This document shows, piece after piece, positions 1-21,281 of a stretch of DNA of 64,000 nucleotides (position 1 is its first letter; each line of letters opens with the position of its first letter). The notes beneath the pieces were generated by a model. The model saw only the letters and a list, made by a program, of their open reading frames with translations, did not search any database and was not told where the DNA came from. The position numbers and the translations under genes are program-made. The DNA is from the human T2T-CHM13v2.0 reference genome, Homo sapiens. The DNA lies in assembly GCF_009914755.1 (NCBI RefSeq), contig NC_060928.1; one strand, given 5' to 3'.

Positions 1-2750
1 AAAAAAGAGAAGAATCAAATAAACGCAATAAAAAATGACACAGGGGATATCACCACCAATCCCACAGAAATACAAACTACCATCAGGGAATCCTATAAAA
101 ACCTCTATGCAAATAAACTAGAAAATCTAGAAGAAATGGATAAATTCCTGGACACATAAACCCTCCCAAGACTAAATCAGGAAGAATAGACCAATAACAA
201 GTTCTAAAGTTGAGGCAGTAATTAATAGCCTAACAACCAAAAAAAGTCCAGGACTAGACGGATTCACAGCCAAATTCTACCAGAGGTACAAAGAAGAACT
301 GGTACCATTCCTTCTGAAACTATTCTAAACAATAGTAAAAAAGGGAATCCTCCCTAACTCATTTTATGAGGCCAGCATCATCCTGATACCAAAACCTGGC
401 AGAGACAAAACAAAAAAAAGAAAATTTCAGGCCGATATCCCTGATGAACATCGTTGCAAAAATCCTCAATAAAATACTGGCAGACAGAATCCAGCAGCAC
501 ATCAAAAAGCTTATCTACCACGATCAAGTCGACTTCATCCATGGGATGCAAGGCTGCTTCAACATATGCAAATCAATAAACGTAATCCATCACATAAACA
601 GAATCAATGACAAAAACCACATGATTATCTCAACAGATGCAGAAAAGGCCTCTGACAAAATTCAACACCCCTTCATGCAAAAAACTCTCAATAAACTAGG
701 TAGTGATGGAATGTATCTCAAAATAATAAGAGCTATTTATGACAAACCCACAGCCAATATCATACTGAACGGGAAAAAGCTGGAAGCATTCCCTTTGAAA
801 ACCGGCACAAGACAAGAACGCCCACTCTCACCACTCCAATTCAACATAGTACTGGAAGTTCTGGACAGGGCAATCAGGCAAGAGAAAGAAATAAAGGGTA
901 TTCAAATAGGAAGAGAGGAAGTCAAATTTTCTGTTTGCAGATGACATGATTGCATATATAGAAAACCCCATTATCTCAGTCCAAACTCTTCTTAAGCTGA
1001 TAAGCAACGTCAGCAAAGTCTCAGGATACAAAATCAGTGAGCAAAAATCACAAGCATTCCTATACACCAATAACAGAGAGCCAAGACGTGAGTGAACTCC
1101 CATTTGCAATTGCTACAAAGAGAATAAAATACTTAGGAACCCAACTTACAAGGGATGTGAAGGATCTCTTCAAGGAGAACTACAAACCACTGCTCAACGA
1201 AATAAGAGAGGACACAAACAGATGGAAAAACATTCCATGCTCATGGATAGGAAGAATCAATATCATGAAAATGGCCATACTGCCCAAACTAATTTATAGA
1301 TTCAATGCTATCCCCATCAAGCTACCACTGACTTTCTTCACAGAATTAGAAAAAACTACTTTAAATTTCATATGGAACCAAAAAAAGAGCCCGCATAGAC
1401 AAGACAATCCTAAGCAAAAAGAATAAAGCTGGAGGCATCATGCTACCTGACTTCAAACTATACTATAATGCTACAGTAATAAAAACAGTCTGGTACTGGT
1501 ACCAAAACAGATATATAGACCAATGGAACAGAACAGAGGCCTCAGAAATAACACCACATATCTATAACCATCTGATCTTTGACAAACCTGACTAAAACAA
1601 ACAATGGGGAAAGAATTCCTTATTTAATACATGCTGCTGGGAAAACTGGCTAGCCATATGCAGAAAACTGAAACTGAACCCCTTCCTTACACCTTATACA
1701 AAAATTAACTCAAGAGGAATTAAAGACTGAAATGTAAGACCTAAAACCATAAAAACCCTAGAAGGAAACCTAGGCAATACCATTCAGGACACAGGCATGG
1801 GCAAAGACTTCATTACTAAAATACCAAAAGCAATGGCAACAAAAGCCAAAATTGACAAATGGGATCTAATTAAACTAAATAGCTTCTGCACAGCAAAATA
1901 AACTATCATCAGAGTGAACAGGCAACCTACAGAATAGGAGAAAATCTTTGCAATCTACCCATCTGACAAAGGGCTAATGTCCAGAATCTACAAAGAACTT
2001 AAACAAATTTACAAGAAAAAAAAAACATCAAAAAGTGGGTGAAGAATATGAACAGACACTTCTCAAAAGAAGACATTTATGCAGCCAACAAACATATGTA
2101 AAAAAGCTCATCATCACTGGTCATTAGAGAAATGCAAATCAAAACCACAATGAGATATCTCATGCCAGTTAAAATGGCAATCATTAAAAGTCAGGAAACA
2201 ACAGATGCTGGAGAGGATGTGGAGAAATAGGAACACTTTTACACTGTTGGTGGGAGTGTAAATTAGTTCAACCATTGTGGAAGACAGTGTGGCGATTCCT
2301 CAAGGATCTAGAACCAGAAATACCATTTGGCCCAGCAATCCCATTACTGGGCATATACCCAAAGGATTATAAATCATTCTACTATAAAGACAACGCACAC
2401 GTATGTATACTGCAGCACTGTTCACAATAGCAAAGACTAGGAACCAACCCAAATGACCATCAATGATAGCTGGAAACCATCATTCTCAGCAAACTAACAC
2501 AATAACAGAAAACCAAACACCACATGTTCTCACTCATAAGTGGGAGTTGAAAACACATAGACACAGGGAGGGGAACATCACACACCACAGCCTGTCGGGG
2601 GTGGGGGCCTGGGGAAGGGATAGCATTAGGAGAAAGACCTAATGTAAATGACCAATTGATGGGTGCAGCAAACCACCACAACACATGTATACCTATGTAA
2701 CAAACCTGCACGTTCTGATGTATCCCAGAATTTAAAGTACAATAAAAAAA
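1..2750 (+). mobile_element. LINE-1, L1PA7/8-like: disrupted ORF2 (RT region onward), 3' UTR and A-tail; starts before the window
   Basis: ORFs 444-944 and 1037-1426 are ORF2 RT peptides ([40 protein letters not shown]) broken by frameshifts; L1PA 3' UTR ends ...tttaaagtacaataaaaaaa. Confidence 0.95.
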
Positions 2751-2756
2751 TTTTTT

Positions 2757-4586
2757 TAAAAAGATTATACACCATGATCAAGTAGGATATATCCCAAGGA
2801 TACAAAGATGGTTCAGTATATGCAAATCAGTAAACATGATACATCACATTGACAAAATAAAGGACAAAAACCATATGATCCTCTCAACAGATACGGAAAA
2901 AGCATTTGGTAAAATTCAACATCCCTCTACACAAACATCAACTAAAATGGATCAAATTCAACATCAAAATCCTAACTGAAAAATAAAAAAAGATACATAC
3001 CCAGTAATGGGATTGCTGGGTCAAATGGAATTTCTGGTTCTAGATCCTTAAGGAATCACCACACTGTCTTGCACAATGATTGAACTAATTTACACTCCCA
3101 CCAACAGCGTAAAAGCCTTCCTATTTCTCCACAGTCGCCCCAGCATCTGTTGTTCCCCGACTTTTTAATAATGCCATTCTAAATGGCATAAGATGGTATC
3201 TCACTGGGGTTTTGATTTGCATTTCTCTAATGACCAGTGATGATGAGCTTTTTTATATAGTTAGTTGGCCACATAAATGTTTTCTTTTGAGAAGTGTCTG
3301 TTCATATCCTTCAAAGGATTATAAATCATTCTACTATAAAGACACATGCACATGTATGTTTACTGCAGCCGTATTTACAGTAGCAAAGACTTGGGAACCA
3401 ACCCAAATGCCCATAAATGATAGACTCGATAAAGAAAATGTGGCACATATATACCATAGAATACTATGCAGCCATAAAAAAGAATGAGTTCATGTCCTTT
3501 GCAGGGACATGGATGAAGCTGGAAGCCATCATTCTCAGCAAACTAACACAGGAACAGAAAACCAAACACCACATGTTCTCACTCACAAATGGGAGTCGAA
3601 CAATAAGAACTCATGGACACAGGGAGGGGAACATCACAAACCAGGGCCTGTTGGGGGGTGGGGAGCAAGGGGAGGGAGAGCATTAGAACAAATACCTAAT
3701 GCATGAGGGGCTTAAAACCTAGATGATGGGTTGATAGGTGCAGCAAACCACCATGGCACATGTATACCTATGTAATAAACTTGCACGTTCTGCACATGTA
3801 ATCCCAGAATTTAAAGTACAATTTAAAAAAAAAGAAAAAGAAAACAAAGAAAAAAGAAATTTTAAAATTCCACATTCAAATCCTAATTGAAAAAGAAAAA
3901 ATAATGGATCAAAGGCCTAAATGTAGGACTCAAAATTACAAAACAACTAGAAGAAAACATTGAGAAGATGCTTCAGGACATTGGTCTAGAAAAAGATTTT
4001 ATGAGTAAGACCTCAAAAGCACAGGAAACTAAAATATAAATAAATATTATTAAATCAAACCAAAAGCTTGCGCACGGCAAAGGAAATAATCAACACAGTG
4101 AACAGACAACCTACACAATGGAAGAAAATATCTGCAAACTCTTCACCTGACAGGGGATTAATATCCAGAATATGCAAAGAATTCAAACATTTCAACAGCA
4201 AAAATATTTTTTATTAAAAAATAGGCAAGGGATCTGAACGGATATTTCACAAAAGAAGACATAGAAATGACCAACTAATATATGAAAAAATTCTCAACAT
4301 CACTAATCAAGGAAATGAAAATCAAAACCATAATGAAATATCATCTCATCCTAGTTAGAATGGCTATTAACAAAAAGAAAAAATAATAATAAGTTCTGCC
4401 AAGAAGGTAGAGAAACAGGAACTCATGCACTGTTGGTGGGAATGTAGACTAGCACAACCTCTATGGAGTACAGTATGGAGATTCCTCAAAAAACTACAAA
4501 GAGAACTACCATACGATTAAGCAATCCTACCAGTGGACATTTATCCAAAAGAAAGGAAATCAATATATCAGAGATATCTGCACCCT
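2757..4586 (+). mobile_element. Older LINE-1 (L1MA/L1PB4-like) ORF2 remnant, interrupted by a younger L1 at about 2957-3902
   Basis: Diverged ORF2 sequence (caccatgatcaagtagga..., aaaatggatcaaa|ggcctaaatgtagg, gagatatctgcaccc) resumes after the inserted element. Confidence 0.8.
2993..3858 (+). mobile_element. 5'-truncated, 5'-inverted (twin-primed) L1PA7/8-like insertion
   Basis: 2993-3311 is L1 ORF2 C-terminal sequence in minus orientation; 3312-3830 continues from the adjacent L1 position in plus orientation to the A-tail. Confidence 0.9.
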
Positions 4587-4589
4587 ACT

Positions 4590-4885
4590 GACAATAGTGC
4601 CACCTATAGGCCTGAAGGTCAAACTACACAACCCAATACAAAGCCGCTGACAAAAGGGTACAGCACTGGAGAATGAGACAAGCTTCCTGAGACCTCTGCA
4701 ACCCCAGCCCTGTAGAAGGTAGTGAGCCAGCTCATACACCCAGTACATCACTACTACAACTGGCATTTGAGAAAGCCACCGCACAAAGGCTATCAATAAC
4801 CAAGGAACTCATACAGGGTCCTTTCCACTGAAAGCACCCAGGAGCAAAGCCAAATGACCATACTCAACATACATTATAGTCATGC
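4590..4885 (+). mobile_element. Old L1 5' UTR fragment (L1P4/L1M1-like)
   Basis: Motif gcatttgagaaagccaccgcacaaaggctatcaataaccaaggaactcatacag resembles L1PB/L1M 5' regions. Confidence 0.55.
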
Positions 4886-5048
4886 TTGAGAAAGCTAACT
4901 CAGCCATTGGTAAGTTGAGCAGAGCTCTAAAAGGTCCTCCATAATCTTTTACATCATAACCATCAAAATATGCCGGGAGTGAACAACTTCCAGCCCAAGT
5001 ATCAGAGAGAAGTTGAACATGTGAATGGGGAACTAAACAACCACTACA

Positions 5049-5363
5049 GGCTGGGCATGGTGGCTCATGCCTGTAATTCCAACACTTTGGGAGGCTGAGA
5101 CGGGTGGATCACCTGAGGTCAGGAGTTCAAGACTAGTTTGGCCAACATGGTGAAACCCCATCTCTACTAAAAATACAAAAATTAGTTGGGCATAGTGGCA
5201 CGCACCTGTAGTCCCAGCTACTCAGGAAGCTGAAGTAGGAGGATCGCTTGAACCCGAGAGGTGGGGGCTGCAGTGAGCCGAGACGGAGCTACTGCACTCC
5301 AGCCTGGGTGAAAGAGGGAAACTCTGTCTCAAAACAAAACAAAACAAAAACAAAAAACAAAAC
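5049..5363 (+). mobile_element. AluS with (CAAAA)n tail
   Basis: Full dimeric Alu sequence. Confidence 0.95.
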
Positions 5364-5584
5364 GCCTCTGATAATGCAATACCATTTTACAAGAATATGA
5401 CAGAAAGTATTGAACAGGGAGACTCTACAAGATTTCAAGCAATCAAAGGCTAATAAATGCTTTTTAGTACTTTTTAAATTTATAAAATGTTGACTTTCCC
5501 TTTTGAAAAAGTATCTTAATTATTTTAGCAAACACTAAAATACTTCTATTTTTATGAGTTCACTCATAAAGTTTTGAGTTTTTA

Positions 5585-5949
5585 CCTGAGTGTAGTGGTT
5601 CACACCTGTAATCCTACCACTTTGGGAGGCCGAAGTGGGAGGATGGCTTGAAGCCAGGAGTTTGAGACCAGCTTAGGCAATGTAGTGAGACCCCCCATCT
5701 CTAAAAATAAAGAAATAAATAAAATAAAATAAAAAATAAATAAATTAGCCAGGCGTGGGCCTGGTGGTGCTGCTTGTAGTCCCAGCTATTCAGGAGGCTA
5801 TGGCAGAAGGATTGCTTGAGCCCAGGAGTTTGAAGTTACAATGAGCCATGATCACATCACTACACTCCAGCCTGGGAGACAAAGTGAGACCCTGCCTCTA
5901 AAAAGAAAAGAAGAAAATTTAAAAAAAAGAGAGAAAAGAAAAGAAAAAA
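5585..5949 (+). mobile_element. AluJ with expanded middle A-rich linker
   Basis: Dimeric Alu with J-type diagnostics (cttgagcccaggagtttg); (AAAT)n linker 5703-5745. Confidence 0.9.
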
Positions 5950-6509
5950 GTTTTATGAGTTTACTCTCAATCTGAGTCGCGCAACCTTATTTTTCTTATG
6001 AGATCTTAAGTTCCTCAACCATAAGGGATAGTTTAATAATGAATTTAGACAATATATACATTTTCATAAACTGTATTTCTTCAAAAGAAAAGAACATGGA
6101 AGAATTTAATAGGAAAAAAAGTGTCACAGATAATTCTTTTCGTGTTTATAAAGAATTGGACAAGATGATGTTTAATGCCAACATGCCTCTAAAGTGCAAT
6201 GGAATTTATGTGTATTCATTTATATTCCTATGTGGTCTAGTTTTCAATTGTTTCTTACTGACTCTCATAAATACAGCCTGTCAAGCAAATAAAACCAGAA
6301 ATATCAATCATAAACTTGTGCTGTTCAGAGCATGTGACATTTCATGACTTCATTTGTAGCATGTGACATTTTGTTTTATTCATATTCTCTGTTAAAACCT
6401 TATCTAATTAAAGAGTTTGCCTACTTCACTAGAAATAACTGTGTTAGACAATAACCATTCTTTCACTAAATTCCTTCTTTTGGAAAGTTTTAAGGTTAGC
6501 TCCTGTATA

Positions 6510-6683
6510 CAGCAGTACTCCAAGTGTGACCCCCAGTCTATCAGGAACTTCCTAGAAATGCAAATTCCTGAACACTACCCCAAACCTACTGAATCAGAAC
6601 CTCTTGAGAGTGGAGCCCAGCACTCTGCATTTTAACAAACCTTCTAGATGACTCTAATACACACCAAAGCTTAAGAACCACTG
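6510..6683. mobile_element. MER5A (hAT-Charlie MITE)
   Basis: cagtactccaagtgtg...tagaaatgcaaattc...cctactgaatcagaac...ttaagaaccactg. Confidence 0.85.
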
Positions 6684-7743
6684 TCTTAGGAGGATCAGGT
6701 ATCTTAATTCCCTCCCTGCTCAATTGATACTAAGGTCTGAATTTATCCACTGTATTCTCAAGAACCTCGAAGAATCTCTACAAAGTTAGTAATAAATAAT
6801 CTTCCTTCAGGAAAGACAGTGGTATTTGCACATGGTTCTTTACAGTTACTTGGTGAGAACAACAGACCAAGACAGTCTGTTCTCTGCTAATGAGATTATC
6901 TTCAGGGGGCCTTAGGAACTTTGTTTTTCTTGATCTGCTGAATTGGTGGTTACTGCTTCAGCAGAGGCAGCCTCACTTGATTTGTTCAGGCTCCCAAGGA
7001 TGCTGGATAATATCACTAGAATCCTTCCCCGTGTGAGAATGAGGATTATCTGATGGGAAAGGCAAAGCCTCTCTAAGGACATGCATTTATCCCATGAAAA
7101 TAATATACTACCACAAAATACAAATAAATGCTAGAGAAACAACCATTTAAATGGCACTGCTGGGATTTCCAGTTAAAGGTAGTACCTTGAGCCCTACTAT
7201 GTCCCCAAACAACAACAAAAACTTAGACAATTTTGTGTTTATTTTTTAAAGGCATAAATCCAAAAGAACAAGAAAGAAGAGGAGACAAACGCTAGAAAGC
7301 AGATGGGAGTTAGGCACTAACTTACAGCAGACCCGCAAAGCTGAATTTTGGCCAGAAATAGGAAAAAGTGAAAAACAACCAAACTTCCATGACAGAATTC
7401 CTAAAAGACAATAAAATTAGTTGATTTTGGTACTTCTGCAAGTCAACAGAAGGGCACTGCTTAAAAGAGCAATTAGACTTCTCTCATCCTCTCCTATACC
7501 TTGCATAGGAGACGGAACCTTAAAATATAAGCTTCCTTGGCTGAGAGATACCAGGAATAGTTTATTACAGACTACCATGCTAACAACTGAGGAATAAAAT
7601 GAAAGTTTACAGCTTTCTTCCCTCTTTGGGTTCCAGAATGCTGCTAGTTAGAAGACTGATGGTCAGGAATGTTGACAGTCAGCTTTCCAGGCAGGAGAGT
7701 CTTCTCTGGAGAATCTGACCAGTCAAGAGAAAAACAGCTATAA

Positions 7744-8246
7744 CAATGGTTCTCAAAGTATGGTCCAGGAACTCCAAAGATTCCCTCCTCTCAGAGCCTG
7801 AGCAAGGTCAAATCTATTTGCAAAATAATACTACAATGTCATTTGCCTGTTTTACTCTAATTCTCTCAAAAGTTCACAGTGGAGTTTTCAAATGCTGCAC
7901 CATGTGTGATACTGTAAGATATTGAAGGCAGAAACAGATGTGGATCCACCTGTCTTTTATTAAGCTGGACATTAAAATGATCCACAAAAATGTAAAGTAA
8001 TGTCACTCTTCCAATATGTTACTTTAAAAAATAGAGTCATTTTTCATTAAAAATAGATTATCTATGTTAGCATGTAACGGGTTTACTCTTGTTATTTTTG
8101 ATGAATAAATATTTTGAAATTCAATTTTAATTTCTATTAGTAAATATTGACAAATGTAACCCACATAAACAAAAGTTCTCTGTGGTCCTCAGTCATTTTT
8201 TAAGCATGTAAAATGGTCCTGCGACCAAAGCATTTGAGAACTGATG
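7744..8246 (+). mobile_element. Charlie4a-like hAT DNA transposon
   Basis: Starts caatggttctcaaagtatggtcc, ends tttgagaactgatg; internal aggtcaaatctatttgcaaaataatact; about 500 bp. Confidence 0.8.
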
Positions 8247-8804
8247 AGCTAAAGAAACTGACATTGGGGTTCCAGCAGTTAAAAAGTCTGTCCACATACA
8301 CCATCCCACAGTGAAGACTACTACCCGCAATCCCAACTACGCACATGGAGCTTCCAATCTGCTTTTAAAAATTACTTTAAAACACAGATACAGAAAACCA
8401 CATAAAACAAATATATACCTTAGCAATTTATTATAAGGCTAACAATCTTGAAATTATCATCCTCAAGAAATAAAACTTTGCCAGACACCTCAGAAGTCCC
8501 TCTACATGCCTCATAGACATAGAGTTTAGTCGTGCCCCTGTCATGTTTTTTTTTAAATTGGGTAAGATATACAATGTAAAATTTACCATCTTAATCACTT
8601 TGAATGTACAGTTTGGTTTACCCGTTTTAAAATTTAATAAGTTTCTATAGTTTCTTTTAGTCTAAAAATTCCTTCCCATCACTTTCTTTTTCTTACAATT
8701 TATCTATTGATAAAAGCAGACTGGGCCAGTAGAGTGTTCTGCACCCTGAATTTTGCTGATTACTCATGGTGCAATTCCGTATGTTCCTCTGTCCTCAATG
8801 TTTC

Positions 8805-14745
<5,941 letters not shown>

Positions 14746-14845
14746 TGTCCTCAGTATTTCTATTTCCTACAAATTGGCAGCTGGATCCAGAGGTAAACAG
14801 TAGATTTAGAGGCTTAATAAAACCTACATTCACTCTGATCTGCAT

Positions 14846-15145
14846 TTTTTTTTTTGGTTTTTTGGAGACAGGGTCTCATTCCGTTGCCTTTGCAGTGGCA
14901 CAATCACAATCACAGCTCACTGCAGCCTCTCAACGTCTCTGGACCAAGCAATCCTCCTACATCAGCCTCCCAAGTAGCTGGGACCACAGCATGCACCACC
15001 TGCAAAGCTAATTTTTTTTTTTTTTTATAGAGACAGGATCTCGTGTGTTGCCCAGGTTGGTCTCGAACTCCTGGGTTCAAGTGATCCTCCTGCCTCAGCC
15101 TCCCAAAGTGCTTGGATTATAGGAGTGAGCCACAATGTCCAGCCC
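14846..15145 (-). mobile_element. AluJ
   Basis: Reverse Alu with small internal deletions. Confidence 0.88.
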
Positions 15146-15721
15146 AATCTGCTTATTAACACTCCACTGTTAAGCCTAAGAAGATAGCCAAAGATTGCCA
15201 AACATTTTAAGACAGCATCTAATATGACAGGGATCTAAATAATACAGAAGCTTGGCAAGTTAGAGCACATAGAGAAGAAAACTTCTATTATTAATTTGTC
15301 CAAGCTCAAAGAAATAACAGAAGACACTGCATCCAGGAAACAAGCACAGGATGCTATAGATAAGGAATATTTAGAAAAGGAACTCTCAGAAAGTAAAAAA
15401 TAAGTAGCTAAAATTAAAGACTCAAATATAGTTTGAAGATAAAACTGGGGAAATCTCCCAGAAAGTAGGACCAAAAAGAGAGAAAGAGAGATTTATGGAA
15501 TCCACCAACAGATGAAAAAAGACCTAAATCAAAGACTACCACAATAAAATGTTATAACAATGAAAGCAAAGAAAATGTCCTGAGCATTTCCAGAGGCAAA
15601 TACACACACACACAAATAAAATACATTTTATTTAAAACTTCTTAAGCACAACACTGAAAGACTTAAGACAATGAAACAATTCTTTCAAAATTCTGAGGAA
15701 AATGTTTCCAAGCTAGTATTC

Positions 15722-16008
15722 TGTCTTAGTCCATTTCCTGATATTATAAAGAATACCACAAACTGGGTAATTTATAAAGAAAAGAGATTTATTTGCTTCA
15801 TGGTTCTGAAGGCTGAGACATAGTACCAGCATCTGCTTGGCCATTTGGTGAGGGCCTTCTTTTTGCATCATCCCATAGCAGAAAGCAGAAAGGCAAGCAA
15901 ACTCCACCCTCATAACCTAATCACCTCTTAAAAGTACCACCTCTAATACTATCACAATGGCAATTAAATTTCAACATGAGTTTTGGAGGGGGTACTTAAA
16001 CCATAGCA
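15722..16008. mobile_element. MaLR solo LTR (MSTC/MLT1A-like), inside an old L1M ORF1-like remnant
   Basis: TG...CA termini (tgtcttagtcc ... aaaccatagca) and perfect 5-bp TSD tattc. Confidence 0.85.
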
Positions 16009-16836
16009 TATTCTACACTCAGTCAATTTAGTATATGGGAAATTAAAACATCTGCAAATACTGAAGGTCTCAAATATTTTGTCTCCCAAACACATTTTTT
16101 CAGAAAGTTACTTGAAGATGTACTCCACCAAATGAAGTCATAAACCATGAAAAGGAAGACATGAGATCCATGGAAGAGAGGATCCAACGTATTAGATAGG
16201 CAAAGAAAATCCACAAGATGATACCGCCCCTAAACAACAGCTATGCAGCAGAAAACAATCAGTCAAGATTGGAACAGATCAGAAGACTCCAGGAAATATT
16301 TATTCAAGATAAGAAAATGATAAATTACTCAATGTTTCTGAATGATATGAACAGGATATTTATACAACTGAGAATGGTTCGGAATTAATGAATTAGTGTT
16401 GAGAACACAGATAACTAATTAAATGAACAAGAAATAGAATTATCAATTCCAGGAAAAACAAAATACTGTGCAGGCAAGGAAAAGTAACTATCAAATCCTA
16501 CATAGTTTAGCTGTGAATTATATTTATGTAATTGTCATAATGTAGTTAATGATTATGATATAACTATATTGGAGGATGGCAGGATGGGAAGTATGCTTGC
16601 ATACAGCAATGTAGGGTGCTAGTCAAAGAGAGGTAAATCCTCCTCTTCCTTACTGAGAAGTCAATACATGAGGCCTAATTCTGAAAAATCAAGAAATATG
16701 ATAAATTATAAATAAGGGGGCTAATACCAAATGAATCAGAGATTAAAGTGATTCTCTTTGAGAAATAGGAAATGACTCTCCAAATAATGTTAATATATAA
16801 CTGATAAATAGAAAAGCTAAATTTAAACAAACACTG

Positions 16837-16881
16837 TTAGGTTGGTGCAAAAGTAATTGTGGTTTTTGTGATTAAAAGTAA
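16837..16881. mobile_element. Half MADE1 (Hsmar1 terminal inverted repeat)
   Basis: ttaggttggtgcaaaagtaattgtggtttttgtgattaaaagtaa matches one MADE1 arm plus spacer. Confidence 0.85.
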
Positions 16882-17672
16882 CAGTATTGCTGGAGCTATG
16901 GATAGTAGACACTCTTTCAAAGACAGCTGAACATATTTTATGCTACTATAGTTTTCTCTTTCATTGCTTTCAGGTTGTAGCTTAGGTCACATTTCTCACT
17001 CACAAGAGTGAGTGAGTGGAAAATTGTAAAGCAAAGCAGGATTACTATGGAAGGTAGCACTCCAAAGTATCCTGTAGGAATATATCCCCATCCCTAGCCC
17101 CAACCTGCCCCAACTATGGATCAAAGATTAAAGGCTGGGAAAACCAGCCTTAGAACTGACATCAAGTGCATATGTCAAGAGACCGGTCAGGACAGACCAT
17201 GGACTATGGGCCTAGAGCATAAAAGCTGCCAGCTATGCAGCAGCAATGGCCACAAGGGATTAATCTGAGCTCAGTACAACTTGACCACAGAGAAAGGTGA
17301 GATTAAAATGAGTCAGACCCTAGTACCATGGGAAAATTTCATGGTTGCTTGGCAGCTCCTTAATAACCTATGGGCACAAATATTTACTTCTAACTGACCC
17401 CTTAAGTAAGGGGATTAAAGTGTCTGATGTATATAAAATACAATCGGCACAGCAGCACTGCTTTTAGAACAAGTATTCACTCTCTGAGATATGTTCAGCA
17501 ATATAGATCAGAGTTAACATTTTGTGAACAAACCAGAAATCATACTGCTCAGAACCCATATGTTTCAGATCAAAATGAATAAATTTGAAAATAGGACTTG
17601 AAAAATAAGGCTCAGAATGTATATCAGCAAAGTGGAAAAGACTGGAATACGAAACATAATGCTTCCAGCACT

Positions 17673-17708
17673 GGGAGGACCCCAGATACAGGGAGGACCC
17701 CAGATACA
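17673..17708. repeat. Perfect 18-bp tandem duplication
   Basis: gggaggaccccagataca x2. Confidence 0.95.
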
Positions 17709-17744
17709 ATACACCAGCATTCCTTATCAAGAGTAAGGGAAATA

Positions 17745-18270
<526 letters not shown>

Positions 18271-19149
18271 ATTAACCTCCCTGCAAAATACGTGAAACCC
18301 TATACTGAGATGTTTCACATCTATGAAAGGGCACTAAGAATTAGTAACATAATCACCTTATAGTAGATGAGTAGTATAAGACATCACTCAAAATTCCAGT
18401 AAAGATATACATGAACAAGATTCCTATCTTCCCCCTGGCAAAAGCAGTAGGTATTAATTTCAAATATGCCCACAGATACTTAAATAATATGTGCGTCAGC
18501 TAAAGTGATTTAAAGATGAGGCATAGATTTCCATCACTCTCAGGAAGAAGAAATTGTCTCTTCAGAATATATTCTGAACACTACATCGCCACCATTCACT
18601 TGAAGCCTTTATCACTCAAAAGCTTTCAGAGGAGGAAACCAATATTAAACATTCTTATTTAGGCTAAATTAAAAATGATTTACTTACTCTTGAAGAGGCT
18701 TCTAATTAAAAGAGTAAAAAATCGCTTTGACAAACATCACACTAGATGACATATGACTAGTCACTACAAGACTAAACATTGTACCCCTTAGTGTAGGTAG
18801 GGGGAAATTTTGTTCTCCAATGCTGTGTGCCCCAGGTTGTTTCCTCAACCAAAATTCAGAAACCTTCTCCCATCACTGCTATCCTCCCTTTGTTTTTACC
18901 AACTTAACTGAGGTGTAACTCATTCATTTAAAGTGTATCTGAATTGTGAAAACATATACACCCACGAAACTGCTACCAGAATCAAGATACAAACTACTTC
19001 CACCACCTATAAAAGTTTTCTCATGCACCTTGTAGTCCACCCCTGCCTTCACTCCCAGGCCCAGACAACTGTTGTTCTGCTTTCTGCTATGGTAGATTAG
19101 TTTGCATCTTCTAGAATTTTATATGACTGGAATCACGCAATATGAATTC

Positions 19150-19779
<630 letters not shown>

Positions 19780-20864
19780 TCAGCATAATTATTTTGCAAT
19801 TTATCTATGTGTATAATAGTTGTTTTGTATTCCTAAGTAATATTTTATTGTATGGATAGATTATATTTTGTTTATCCATTCTCTTATTAATGAATATGTG
19901 GATTGCTTACAATTTTGGCTATTACGAATAAAACTGCTATGAACAATAATATACAAATCTTTGTGTGAACACGTATTTTTATTTATATTGGGAAAATATG
20001 TAGGAGTAGAATGGCTGAATTTTATGTTAAGTTTATGTTCAACTTTTTAAGAGAATGCCAGTTTTGCAGTTTGTAACATTTTACATTCCCACCGGCAACA
20101 AAGTTCTAGTTGCTCCATATCCCCAATTGGTATTGTCAGCCTTTTTCCTTTCAGCCATTCTAATGGATATCTGGTGGTATCTCATTGTGGTTTTACTTTG
20201 CATTTCCCTGGTGACTAAAGCTACTGAGCATCTTTTCACATATCTACAATTACTCAGATATCTTTTGTGAAAGGTCTATTCAAATCATTTGGCCATGTTT
20301 TATTTTGTTGTCTTATTATTCGTTTTAGGAGTCTGTTATATATTCTGGTCAAAAGTCCTTTTTCATGTATATATGTATATATATAGTTTCACCTAGTCTG
20401 TGACTTTCTTTTTCATTTCCTTTTCTTAATGATATCTTCCAAAGAGCAAAATTTCTTGATTTTTATAAAACCCAATTTACCATTTTTTTTCTGTATGGTT
20501 TATGTTTTTGGTGTCTTATCTAAGGAATCACTGCCTACCCCAAAGTCACTTTTGTCCTACATTTTCTTCCAGAAGTTCTATAGTTTTAGTTTTTAGATTT
20601 ATGTCGTATCCATTAAAATTAATTTTTTTGTATGGTGTGAAGTAGGGATTAAGGTTCATTTTTTTCACATGGCTATCCAGTTGTTCCAACCCCATTTGCT
20701 CAAAGTCTTTCCTTTTCTTCACTGAAATTGCCTTGGCACCTTTGTCAAAAATCAATTGACCATACTTGTGTGGCTCCACTTCTGGGTTCTCTCTTTAGTT
20801 CCACTGATCTATATATCTATCCTTTCACCAATACCACACTGTCTTGATTACTGTCACATCATAG

Positions 20865-21281
<417 letters not shown>

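Noticed and set aside
6039-6635. Two short plus-strand ORFs
   Set aside because: AT-rich with no homology I can recognise; the second runs into MER5A
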